64,000 nucleotides of DNA from Diplonema japonicum (lineage: Eukaryota > Protista > Euglenozoa: Diplonemea): positions 434,001 through 498,000 of the forward strand of contig OZ025674.1 in assembly GCA_964019335.1 (NCBI GenBank), given 5' to 3'. Of this stretch, positions 12,061 through 23,500 are shown piece after piece (within the stretch, counting starts at the first letter, position 1; the number at the start of each line of letters is the position of its first letter). Position numbers and translations under genes: made by a program. Under the pieces are notes generated by a model. The model was not told where the DNA came from, ran no database searches, and was given only the letters and a program-made list of their open reading frames with translations.

Positions 12061-12483
12061 ATGGGCTGGAGGTAACGCTTTATGCACTCACACAGCTCTT
12101 CAGGCAGCGTTGCGTCTAGCTGGAATGGAGGAAGGGACGTCTTCATGGGGTCATTAGTCCAGGTAGGGAGGCCATTCATGGCGTCCCACAACGACTTAGA
12201 AGCCTTCGTTCCAAGGAAGGGACGTTTTTCGTCTCCTGCACGTAAAGACGTTATTCTTCCGTTTCTCAAAGGAGTCACCACGCAGGAGAACTATCGCCCT
12301 CAGGCTAACCGTCGTGAGCACAAGCCGAAGTCAAAGCCGACCTACCACCACACTAACTATCCGAAGCCGCCTTCCCCTTTCCTTGAGAATGTCCCCCCAA
12401 AGAGGAATCAGGTTGGGTGGACTGCTAAATACACCAGCCAGGCACATTTATTGGAAACCCTCAATCTGCGAGGTTTGAGATGA
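12061..12483 (+). CDS. Small hypothetical basic protein; possible 24-nt intron 12072-12095 (otherwise starts at 12082)
   Basis: 133-aa ORF between T-rich spacers. Upstream ATG 12061 joins in frame if gtaacg...cacacag is spliced; its CA-rich 3' end matches other introns here. Confidence 0.5.
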
Positions 12484-12939
12484 ATTATTTTTTTTTGACG
12501 AATTTGTATTAGCATAGTTTTTTTTTTGGGGGGGAGCGGGGGCGTTGACATCGTGTTTGTATTCGGTACGGGTTACAAATAAACCTCTCCAGGTTTTCTA
12601 CCCACGTGCGGGAAACCCCCTCCCCCGTCTCTTTTTCTTTCCCCCCCGCCTTTGGTTTTTTTCAAAACCAAAAAAAAAAAAGAAATAGAAGCAAAAAAGA
12701 AATAAATGAAGAAATCATCGAAAGGAGGCGGTGGGTGGGTCACTCTTTGATGAAGTGCCCGTCCCATCCTTCCCCCGTTTTTTTTTATTCTCTTTCTGTG
12801 CTCTCGTGTGAGGCCTAGCATATACAATGATTCCTTTTTTTTCTTTCTTTCTTTTTTTTTTTTTTTTACACATCCCTCCTACATTTATTTCCCAGCCTCA
12901 TTCTTATGTATAACCTTAAAGGAGGGTAGTAAAAAGAAA

Positions 12940-15900
12940 ATGCCCCTCTCAACAGCGTCCGGGAAGACGAGGACGGGGATGCTGCACAAAAGCCCGTTGA
13001 GGACGGGGATGGAGAAAAGCTGTGCGTACGGCTTGCCGCCGATGAGACCAGCGCACGTCGTGAGCAGTTTCGACAATCTGCAAGGGAACACATTGCTGTG
13101 GAAGATAATCAAAATGGGCACGGGAAGGCTGATGCTGGGGGTGCACACAGAAACCGAAACAATTCAATTACGACAGCTCACACCCTCACGGATGCGACAA
13201 TGGGCAAAGATGGGAGACGGGAGGGTGTTATCTTACTGTAGGGCAACACTAGGGGGCACTCCGAAAACCCGAGGATGGCTCGGGGTAGGCAGCGGGGTAG
13301 TATTCTTCATTGGCGATGGTGACGTCGCAGTCGATATCCTCTTAAGCCCTTCTAGCATTGTAGAGCTTGTGCGAGATGACGAGCTGTGCACTATAGACGT
13401 CCGTTACAACAACTTGAAACCCCGTGCTGCCGTGTTCGCTGTGCACAAGCAACGGCTTAGCTCTGTCATCAACGCGTTGGTGCAGGTTTGTGATGAAACC
13501 CGTGCGTTGGAAACCACCCCTTCGGATTTCGAAGGTGCCGACTCCCCCGCGCCCCCGCCGCCCTCCCACTTCTCTCAAACATCTCCCACCCCTCCCGACC
13601 TCGGTAGAAACCTCAGCCCTGAACGCCTCCCTTCGTCATTGCTCATCCCGAGCACCCTCACCCCTGCTGCCACCACACCATCATCCACCGGATACTGGGC
13701 GCAAGCCCCCACCCCTATCAAACCCCGTTCTGAATACGGGCCTTTGGAAAACCACCAGCTGCGTTTGCTTAAATGCGGATTGGAGGATTCTAACGGTTGC
13801 AACACGTACAAATGGAGCGAGGGTGGGGTGCGCATGGGTGGCGGGTACGGCGATGAGCACCTTGCAACGCTGCAGAACATGTGCAACGAGGTGATCCACA
13901 CGGCAGCCCATGGGGCCATGACCTTCGTCGACGAGCTCATCAACCACCTGAGGTTCCCGCATGGGGCGACGTCTTCTGAAGTCATCCGCATCCAAGGTGC
14001 CTCGCTGTACGAGAAGGTCCCGAAGGTATCCCTGACGCACAGCCCACTGGAGACTGTCATGCTGCGCATGTTTTCTCAGGAGGGCCCCGACATCGACCGT
14101 CTCTTAGGCTACCCCGACACACCCCTTCCCACACAAGACTCCTCTTGGGAGCAGTACGACGAGCTCAACCGCGGCAAGCGTAACGTCGCCCTCTACTCTG
14201 CACTGGCCGAGGCGTGCTGCTCGGGAATCGATGCCCTGCGCAACGGTCTGTCCCTGTCACAAGATATCATATCGGGATACTGTAACCTGCTCTGCTACCT
14301 CCTCGCAGCTGCTGAGCCTCAGCCTCCCAACCCCCTCTTCCGCCCCGCCCTTGTCGATCTTCAGATCCTTGCACGGTTGAAGCGCTTAGTTCCGGGCATG
14401 CTGTATGGATGGGCAGCACCTGCGCCATGCACGCTCGACGAAGCAGTGGCAAGAGGGCACCTCCCACCGTCCGGAGGGCACGGGCAGTATAGCAACGTGC
14501 TCTTCATCATCACTGGTTCTGTGGTGGGGCTCCCTATCCACTCCATCAGCCAATATCCCTCGGAGATGGAGGTGCTGCTTCCGCCCTTTGTGATGTTCCA
14601 AGTTATCGACGTCGCGGAGCACGACGGCTGCCTCGTAGTACGGATTGAGGTGAGGGGCTCTGTTGCCGATGGCAACGAAGCAGTGCTGCGTGACATCCTG
14701 AAGGGCGTCAAGATAGACGACGTCACGCTGCAGTCACGTCCAGAGTTCGCTCTTGCCGACAAACAAGAGCAAGAGGAGCGGCGCCTCGTCGCAGAGAGCG
14801 AGGACGCGGAACGGAAGGCGCTGCGTAAGGCATTCTACCTCAGCGACCTGCAGCTGGAGGCTGCGATGGAGCTCTCGACAGGTTCCAAGTCCCCGCCACA
14901 GCCGCCTCCTGCCATCTACACTCCCTCCGTGGCACACCCACCGTCGCCGAGCTCTCCGAGAGTGGACACACACGTGCGCCACAGCACGCCGCCCCACAAA
15001 GTATATGGCAACTCTTCCCCCCCTGCTGTCGTTACGCCTCTGCCTGCGCCCGTGCCCCCTAAAGCTTCCCTGTCACCCGCGCCTACGTCCATCTACACGC
15101 CTCCTGCGTCACCTGGCTCCATGGCATCACCAGAAGGAATACCCGCGCTCTCTCCCACGCACACGTCCGCTCAGCCGGAGACGACTACGCTGCGCAACGC
15201 TGCGAAGATGATCCGCACACAAGCTGAGCGTATCAAGACTCTGGAGTGGCAGCTCCAAGGGCTGCAGAAGGTATGCTTACTTGCCAGCTTAGCACCACGA
15301 CACAGGTCCTCGAAGAGTCACACCAACCAGAGCTCATCGCAAAGGTCGAGCAGCTGAACCAGCAACGCAGGTATGCGAAATACACCAACCTCAACACATG
15401 CAGTGCGCTGATAGCGGACAGAAAAAAGACAGTCGAGCAGGAAGTGGCTGCTGTGAAACACAAGATGCTGATGGTATGTCGCTTGCTCTTTTACTTAACT
15501 ACATCAGGAGACACCCAGCGAGGCTGTGAGGGCGATGCCTGTTGAAGAACTGAGGAGGAGTTTGGCAGCGTGCCAGGCGGAGAACAGGCGGTTGAGCAGC
15601 GAGATGGAAAGCAACAGCGCAGTACTGCTGCAGTCAACGAAGCGGAGAGTACGTGACGAGGTGGAGGCAGAGCTGGCCGTCATGCGCGAGGTATGCACAG
15701 AGAACGCAAAAATGGGGTGGTGGATAAACAACATCACAACAGAGAGATTTGCCAACAGACCTTGACACACGCACCCATAATGAGCTGAAACAGGTGATTA
15801 AATCACTGTCGTTGGAAAACAAATTGCTTCTTGAAAAGCGGTCGGTACTGTCCAGCTCGGATGCTCTTGAGGCAAGCCTGCGCGGAGCGGAGGAAGAAAT

Positions 15901-16503
15901 CAGGTACAGTGAATAAGAAAACAAATTTAAATGTGAAAACACAGCACGCTGCGAAAAGAGCTGCACATGAGGGATGAGAAGATGCAGAGAAGGTTCAGAG
16001 ATGCAGCACGTGTGGAGGCGGGACTGAAACCGACACGTGAGGTAGAGAAGAACGTAGACATCTCGAAAGAAAAACCTGAAGAAGAACTGGGTATAATACA
16101 TGGAACAGTGGACTGGAGACACATAGACGCCGTTGTAAAGGGGTCAGTAGCTGAGAAGGCAGGTCTCACGTCAGGGTGCAGAATAGTGGCTGTGAATAGA
16201 TCTGTTATGGGAATGGGTGACTTGACTGATTTTGAGATCCACACCGAGCAGCTGGCGTTTACATTACTGTACACAGAGCCATCTGACGAGCAGTACCCAT
16301 CTGCATACCTTACCCATCTTCTATCTGCAGCTGAGGCCCATAAGGTTCTTATTGCCACCAGTCCTCATGGCCACATACTTAACAGCTCACCTCATTACCT
16401 CGATAACCAGCAGGCCATTGATGCTGCTTGGGGTGCTTTCACCCAGGCTGCTGAGTCTGTTAAACATCTTTACTTGCTGCGCAGTTCGCTGGGCGGTAAT
16501 TAG
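12940..16503 (+). CDS. Multidomain protein: N-terminal beta-rich domain, mono-ADP-ribosyltransferase-like domain, Pro-rich linker, coiled coil, PDZ; introns 15271-15305, 15371-15403, 15474-15507, 15691-15742, 15904-15944
   Basis: ART-like LFR ... LFII ... ISQYPSEMEVLLPPF. Five GT..AG introns link the fragmentary ORFs in frame (15371-15403 is in frame without a stop, so less certain). PDZ signature LGI..IDAVVKGSVAEKAGL..GCRIVAVN. Confidence 0.8.
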
Positions 16504-16788
16504 ATTTTTTTTTTTTTGCTTGTTTAAATACTACCCTCTCCCGTTCCCCCCCCCCCCTCTTTTTTGTTGTTTTCATTTCTTCCCGTCTTTCCCTAATGTA
16601 TAGTGCAGCCGATTGGAAAAAAAAAGAAAAAGAGCTTGAATGCGTCTCTTTTTCTTTTTTTATGCAAAGAAGAAAACACCCCTCCCCCCATCCCCATTGT
16701 ATGTTTAAGTCATTTATTGAATTTCTTTTTTCAAAAAGAAAAAAAGAACATCGCAAACAAAAAAAAAAGGGTGCAAACAAAAGAAAAA

Positions 16789-18548
16789 ATGAAGCGTGTA
16801 GTAGTGACAGGTATCGGGGCGGTGACGCCTTTAGGAATGACAATGAAAGCAACGTGGGAAGGGTTGATGGAAGGGAGGTGCGGGCTGAAGAAGATCGACG
16901 ACGTACCGGTGTTTTGGAAAGGATGGGAGAAGGAAAGGCTCGACAGTGCGATAACGTGCAGGGTCGCAGGCGGCGTGGAGGACGACGGCACACTCTTCGG
17001 CGACAGCCGCACATCAAGAGCAACAAAATTCGCCGTAAAAGCATGCGAGGAAGCCCTACAAAACGCACAACTTGACATCATACCCGAAATCCGTCAAGAC
17101 GTCGGCGTCACAGTCGGTACAGGCATGTCGTCCCTCAACGACACAGCAGAAGTCACACGTGCTTTGGACTCCGGAAAACCAAAGCTCGTCACACCATTTT
17201 TTGTACCAAAGATACTATGCAACGCTGCAGCAGGCACCATAGGCATCAAGTACAAAATCAACGGTCCCAACCACTCCGCCTCCACAGCATGCGCCACTGG
17301 AGCGCACGGGATAGGTGACGGCTACCGGTTCATACAGCACGGCGACGCAAAAGTTATGATATGCGGCGGTACAGAATCGTGCCTCAACCCCATCGCCTTC
17401 GTTGGGTTTCAACGTGCCAAAGCCATGTCGACTGTTTCCAATGAATCTCCTGAAGAAGCTTCCCGTCCGTTCGATCATGCCAGATCCGGCTTCTTAATGT
17501 CCGAAGGAGCAGCCATCTTAATCTTAGAAGAATACGAATTTGCAAAGCAACGCAACGCGCCCATCCTGGCAGAGGTTACCGGGTACGGGTTGTCTGGTGA
17601 TGGTTACCATGTCACCAGCCCCCATCCTGAATCTTTGGGTATGCGGTTGTGTATGACCCGCGCGCTTGCGCAGCACAACGGGAAGACCGCACAGCCTATT
17701 AGTTATCTTAACGCCCATGCCACGTCAACCCCTATGGGCGATGAATTGGAAGCTTCTGCTATAAATGAACTGTTTGATGCACCTGTTCCTGTGAGCAGTA
17801 CCAAGGGCCACCTTGGGCATCTTCTTGGCGCATCCGGTGCCATTGAGGCAGGGGTGTCCATCATGTCACTCCACATGGGTGAGGCGCCTGGGACGTTGAA
17901 CCTTTCTACGGTATTGAATCGGGTGGGGGGGGGGGGGGGGGGGGTTTAGGGCTATGCTGGCATGGAAACGCGTTTCCATGCATTTTTTGAAAAAAAGGGA
18001 AACGGATACGGAAACGGAAACGTTTCCTTATGTTTCCTTAAGAAGGAAGCCGTTTCCATAAGAATTTTGAAAAGTATGGAAACGGAAACGGAAACGTTTC
18101 CACGTTTCCTGCCAGCATAGGTTTAGGGGGGGTCACATGGTCCTTAAAAACGTGGTTAAACGTGAAAAAAAAAAGTTGTTGCTGCAGTTTCCTCGACACC
18201 AGCTACCTTACCCCCTCCGACCATCAAGGCATACCAAGGACAGGGTGAATGGGTACAACAGGGCCCGCTCTAAATCTAGCCCCAAGCCTTCACAGAGTTG
18301 AGGGTGATCGCCTTACTCACACGCAGGTGAAGTTTTTAGCCAAAAAAACAATTCTCGCATGCGAGTCGTTTCACCACTATGCCTACGGGGGGGGGGGATT
18401 AAAATTTAATATACAGGCGCCAGAGAATACAAGCAATATAACATACCTTACTGAGAAGCGGAACCCGATCCGAGGGGGTGGGGCTGTTCTGTCTAACAGT
18501 TTTGGGTTTGGAGGGACGAACACCAGTTTAGTGTTTTCGTCTGTGTAG
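16789..18548 (+). CDS. OXSM: 3-oxoacyl-ACP synthase II (FabF/OXSM type); intron 17911-18416
   Basis: RVVVTGIG, STACATG (catalytic Cys), NAHATST, KGHLGHLLGA. The final exon supplies LSNSFGFGGTN after a 506-nt GT..AG intron. Confidence 0.92.
17952..18120. mobile_element. MITE family A (TIR CTATGCTGGCA, internal GGAAAC repeats) in the OXSM intron, 8-bp TSD GTTTAGGG
   Basis: CTATGCTGGCA...TGCCAGCATAG; GTTTAGGG at both 17944-17951 and 18121-18128; homologous copies at 40041 and 58538. Confidence 0.85.
18127..18397. repeat. Diverged MITE family B-related sequence (GGGGTCACATGGTCC terminus)
   Basis: Terminus matches the reverse complement of 58495-58510; patchy internal similarity to 58259-58510. 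Confidence 0.5.
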
Positions 18549-18652
18549 TTATTATGGTGGGTGGTTGTTTCGCCGCTCTTGGCTTGCTGGTCGAGAAAAG
18601 TGTATTTTTTTTTTTTTGAAAAACCATGGCAATAATTAAAAAAGGTGAGAAA

Positions 18653-18685
<33 letters not shown>

Positions 18686-18863
18686 TGGTTGGATTATTCT
18701 TCCCTTCTGAACAGCAGAGCGGGATCAGGATGCAGACTACCTGTACCTGGTGTGAATTCAAGGTGGGTGTCGTGGCTCAGGTATTCGCGGGTGGATGGAG
18801 TTTTTTTTTTTCTTTTTCTTTTTTTTCTTTTTCTTTTTCTTTTTTTCAGGGGGCGGAACTAAC

Positions 18864-20546
18864 ATGAGCGAACATCAATCAGAGCAATCAGCAAGCAAAC
18901 CCGGCGCACCTCCAAGCGGTGCCCCTGGGACCGAGCAAAGCTCGGTGCAGACGCGCCGGGACGGGCAGGGCCCAAACTGGGCGGAGAGGGTGGGGAAGAA
19001 GGTGAGTGGCGGGACGGTGACGGTGCAGCGGCTGGTGGCGCCAAGGGAGGCGGCCAGCGGGAAAGGAGGGGAAAGGAAGAAGGCGCCGGTGAAGGGCGCA
19101 AAGGAGGAGGTCGCCTGCAGGGCCATCATGGCTGAGTGGGCGGCAGGAGACGAGGCATGGAAAGCGGCGAAGGAAGACCCGAGAAAGAGTGTGATGGCTT
19201 TTCTCGGCAAGGCGGGCCTGACGGGAGTGCACGTAGGGCCACACATGGAGAGGGAAGGCAAGAAGGGGGAATCTGTCATGGATTTCCTAATCTGGATGGC
19301 ACCGGAACAGGAGGGGACCGCGCTAGGGAACGAGGACGGTCCCTGGAAGATCGAGAGGAGGGAAAGGGGGGCCTTGTGGATGTCCACAAGGCAGCACTGG
19401 CTGGCACAAAACGTACTTGGGGCAGTGATGACACGGATCACCCCCTCGGCGACACTGACGCTGAACGGCAAGGGATGGGGCCTGCAGGTCAGCGAGAGAA
19501 GGGAGGAAGTGCAGGAGTACCTCCTGAAGGAAGGCCTCGGGGTTGTCAGAAAGACCACCTACGACATCCGAGGTCTCCCGAAGGGCGCGGACACAACCAC
19601 CATCGAGGAGGTTGTCAAAGAAGCAGGGTGGAAAGCGGTGGTCATCCGCACCATCCCGAAGCAGGGGGGCACAGTGGCTGTGTTGCAGGCGGAGGCACCC
19701 CCAAGTTTCGGGGAGATAAAATGGCAGGGAGGAACGGCGGAGGTGTGGGAGGCAGGGAAGCCGCCGCCGAAGGCAGTGCGAAAGCAGGAGGAGGAGAAGA
19801 GGACGGACCCCGCAGACCCGGAAGAGTACGCGGGGCGCACGTACACGAAGCGCCAGTTCCTGGCGCTATACGGGAAGACACACGGGCAGAAGGCGTGGGT
19901 CGAAGCTGGGAAGGTAGCACCTGAGCAACGGCACCCGCAGCAAGAAAAACAACAGCAACAAGGAAAGCAGCACACGCGGGAACAACAACAGAAGGAGCAG
20001 CAGCAACTGCAAGGCCCTACGAAAAAAGAAGAGATGCTCGAACAGGAGGTGGTAGCTCTCAGAAAGGAAGTGCAAGAACTGAAGGCAATGCTGGAGAAGC
20101 TCTCTGGGAAGCCAACAGAGAAGAAACGGAAGGTTGGAGGGAAGTCAACAAGGGAGACGACACCCCCCACACAATCGGCATCACGATCACCATCACCGAA
20201 GCCGAGGATGAGATCCCCGTCTGGGGTGAGGATGTCGGTGGAGCCCGAGGAACAGGCCACGGCAGGATACGCGGCGGAGACGACGACCTCGAGGGCCAAG
20301 ACGAAGTCGAGGGCGTCGTCGAAGTCGAAGAGCCGGAGCCTAGCGAGGGACACCGAGCGAAGGCGGAGGGAGAGGGACACGGACAGGCACGCCCACATCT
20401 ACCCAGACCGCGACGAGGGCGAGAAGAAGCAGGGGAGGTGGTGGTGCGACGGTTGCGAGAAGCAGCAGCCGAAGAAGCGGTACCAGCTTAGGTGCCAGGT
20501 TGACGGATGCAGCCGCAAGGTATGCCGCGCGTGCGTGAGGCGATGA
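18864..20546 (+). CDS. Retrotransposon ORF1-like protein (RRM-like segment, ExRxDP..YT..F...YG...W motif, coiled coil, RS-rich linker, Cys/His finger)
   Basis: ATG 18864 lies just after a pyrimidine tract and CAG. YDIRGLP..GWKA..LQAEAPP; LEQEVVALRKEVQELKAML; HAH..WWCDGC..C...C...C..C. Confidence 0.8.
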   Translation: MSEHQSEQSASKPGAPPSGAPGTEQSSVQTRRDGQGPNWAERVGKKVSGGTVTVQRLVAPREAASGKGGERKKAPVKGAKEEVACRAIMAEWAAGDEAWKAAKEDPRKSVMAFLGKAGLTGVHVGPHMEREGKKGESVMDFLIWMAPEQEGTALGNEDGPWKIERRERGALWMSTRQHWLAQNVLGAVMTRITPSATLTLNGKGWGLQVSERREEVQEYLLKEGLGVVRKTTYDIRGLPKGADTTTIEEVVKEAGWKAVVIRTIPKQGGTVAVLQAEAPPSFGEIKWQGGTAEVWEAGKPPPKAVRKQEEEKRTDPADPEEYAGRTYTKRQFLALYGKTHGQKAWVEAGKVAPEQRHPQQEKQQQQGKQHTREQQQKEQQQLQGPTKKEEMLEQEVVALRKEVQELKAMLEKLSGKPTEKKRKVGGKSTRETTPPTQSASRSPSPKPRMRSPSGVRMSVEPEEQATAGYAAETTTSRAKTKSRASSKSKSRSLARDTERRRRERDTDRHAHIYPDRDEGEKKQGRWWCDGCEKQQPKKRYQLRCQVDGCSRKVCRACVRR

Positions 20547-23500
20547 AACGCAGGAGCATGGAGGGGCGGCGGGAGGACAGAGGGAACGGAGAGGCAACTC
20601 CTGCGAAGCACAGCCGAACAGCTGCTCATGAGATACATGCCAGTGGAAGGGGACGGAAATTGCCAGTTCGCTGCAATTGCTAGGGCGCGAGGAGCAGGGA
20701 ACGCCAGCACAGTACGCGCACAGGCAGCAGAGTACATCGCGACGAACCCGGAGTTTTACAAAGAAGCAAGGAAACACTCCCTTTCTCTCAGAAGGATTGA
20801 GCATGACGGAGAGTGGGGGGACTACTACACCCTCGGAGCGGCAGGATGGGCAACCCAGACATGTATCTGGATCCTCCACAAAAAGAGAATGGTGCGAGCC
20901 ACGAAGCCAGACGGGGCAGACGATTATAGTTGCTTACGACTCCCAGCACTACGACGCTGTACTCGCGCCGCTACACATGATGGATTGGTTGGGCAAGACG
21001 GAGGCCACGGTAGTGCAGATGGAGGACCTGCTGAAGGTGGCACTTGGTACTCGGAACAAGAAGGCTACAGCACCTGGCCAGACTTCGACTCTACAACAAC
21101 GGGGAAATCTACCCGGCCCTGAACGAAGGGGTGTCCTGACCACTGGGACGGGGGCGAGTCAGGGGCGCCATACCCCCTATGAGAAGGCTGGTAACCGCAC
21201 ACTTAAAGTCCTAAGTAGTGAGGGTGAACAAACAGGCAGTACCAAGAAGCCACCGACACAGGTTTTCCATCTCGCAACTGCAAATGTAGCGTCTCTGAGG
21301 AACAGGCTGGAAAGCGTCATGCAGCTCGACGTCGACGTGATCTGCCTACAAGAGACTGCACTTACGGCAGCAGGACAGAAAGAGGTGGCACACGCAATGA
21401 AATCCGCGACAGAGAAGAACAAGAAGCGAAAATACAGACCTATGTGGGCAGACCCGCAACAGGGAAGGATCAAGGAAGGTCTGATATCTATAGATATCGC
21501 AAGACGAGGAGGCCTGGCGACTTTTGTACGCGAGCCACGAACAGCTCTGGGAACATCACTCGAGAGGGATGACGCTAAGCAAGACATCAACAGTAGGTGG
21601 CAACACACAAGGGTCAGCATAGACGGGGAAAATATGTGGCTGCACATCATCACCGTGTACTGCCCAGCAGGGGAGGGAGAGGAACCAAGGAGGCAACGAG
21701 AACGACTCTTGCAGCACGTCCTCAGGAAGAAGGCGATGGAGCTCGGGAACGTCCCCGTGATTGTGGCAGGCGACCTCAACACGGACGAGAAAAGATCGTA
21801 TGAGCTTCGTCACGCGCTGATAAACGGATGGACTGATGCGGCAGGAGCATGCGCAGCGGGAAAAGGAGAAGACCCGATGCCAACCTTCACTCGGAAGAAC
21901 TGTGCATCGAGGATCGACTACATCCTCCTGAACGCTTTCGCAGCACAGGCGCTACAGGGCTGCAGAACAAGCAGGGATGTAAAGGGGGCGGACCATATGA
22001 CTCTGACGGTAGAGCTGAGACTTGCGAGATTCCAGCAGACTGTGAAGAGATCATGATACCCCGAGAAATCCCAGGAGGCGTGGAACCAGCAGAAGAAGAG
22101 GGGAGTAAGGCACTCCAGGAGAGCAATTTCAGGGAACACATGCGAAAAGACCCGGAGGCGGCGTACCTCGCGCTAGCTGAGGCGAGCGAGAAGATACTTC
22201 TGGGGGACGAGACCGTCGGCACGGCACCTTATAGGGGCCGCGGCAAGGTGAGACAACCGCAACAGAGACAACTATGTGCACCAACAACAACTGGCTCGTG
22301 TGGGGCAGCGTCGATCATGCAAGTACGGCTGGAGAAAATGCGAGGCAGGCTGAGAGCCATTCAGACGCAGCTCAACATGTTGCAGAAAAGAGGAGGAGGG
22401 CAGCTCAGTAAGGTTACGGTGAACACAATCCACAACCTGAACGGGGAGCTCGAACACACGCGCGTGAAGTGCCTACCCATTGACCCGACGCAGGCCAACA
22501 TCGAGGACATGGTGGCGGATGCAGAGATCATGTCAGAGGCGGTGGAGAGACGCGAACGGGAGATGGTGAAGGAACAGCGCACGGCAAGGCACAGGAGCTA
22601 CCTTGACTCAGTCGAACAAGGAAAAGAGACGAAGGAGCTCGTGGACAGCGCGAAAGGAATCGAGGACAAGCGGGGGACAGCAACTGTGGAGATGGAAAAG
22701 GACACGATTGCAAACCCGCAGGAATTGGACAGGACAATGAGGGAACATTGGGAACATGTCTTTGCGAAATACAGAGACAAGCCCCAGCCCGCGTACGCAA
22801 CATTCGAGAAGGAGTACGGTGCGTACATCGAAAAAAGAGACATGGTGTGGACACCGATCACTGGGATACGCCTGAAGCAGGTGCTGAAGAAAAAGACGGC
22901 CAGAAGCGCAGCGGGGGTAGACGGCTGGCGGATGGCAGAGCTACGAAGGCTACCAGTATCCATATTGGACGCATGGGCTGTTTTCCTCAATGAGGTAGAG
23001 GAGACAGGAAAATGGCCGGAGTCGGCGTTGACAGCTCTGGTGACCCTTATCCCGAAGACCAAGAACGCAGGACCACTCGAGCATCGGCCCATAACAGTCA
23101 CGTCGGCAGTGTACAGATTATGGGCGTGCACAAGGCTTGGTGATATTCTCGAATGGCAAGAATCCTGGATCCACAAAACTCAACACGGGTTTAGGGCCAG
23201 ACATGGGACAGAGGACGTTCTCATGGACATCTGCACCAGGATAGAGGAAGCAGCGATGGACAAGACACCGTTGTTGGGTGTCGCACTAGACTTCGCCAAG
23301 TGTTTTGACACAGTTCCACAACAACTGGTGCTGAAGCTGATGGAACGGATGGGAATGGACAAAGGTATCCTGAGAGCGTTAGAAGGGATGTACAAGGGTC
23401 TCAGAAGGAGATTCAGATACGCGACAGGAGTAGGCGAGGAGTTCACAACCACAAACGGAATCCTGCAAGGGTGCCCGATCTCCATCATCATGATCAACGC

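Noticed and set aside
17944-18128. TTAGGG as interstitial telomeric repeat
   Set aside because: Two isolated units, explained by the MITE target-site duplication.
18858-18863. AACTAAC-like start before ORF1 as a spliced-leader remnant
   Set aside because: Only ~7 nt match; the conserved TTTCTGTACT core is absent.
21090-21125. QRGNLPGP before the APE domain as a 2A ribosome-skipping peptide
   Set aside because: Lacks the D(V/I)ExNPGP consensus; only PGP matches.
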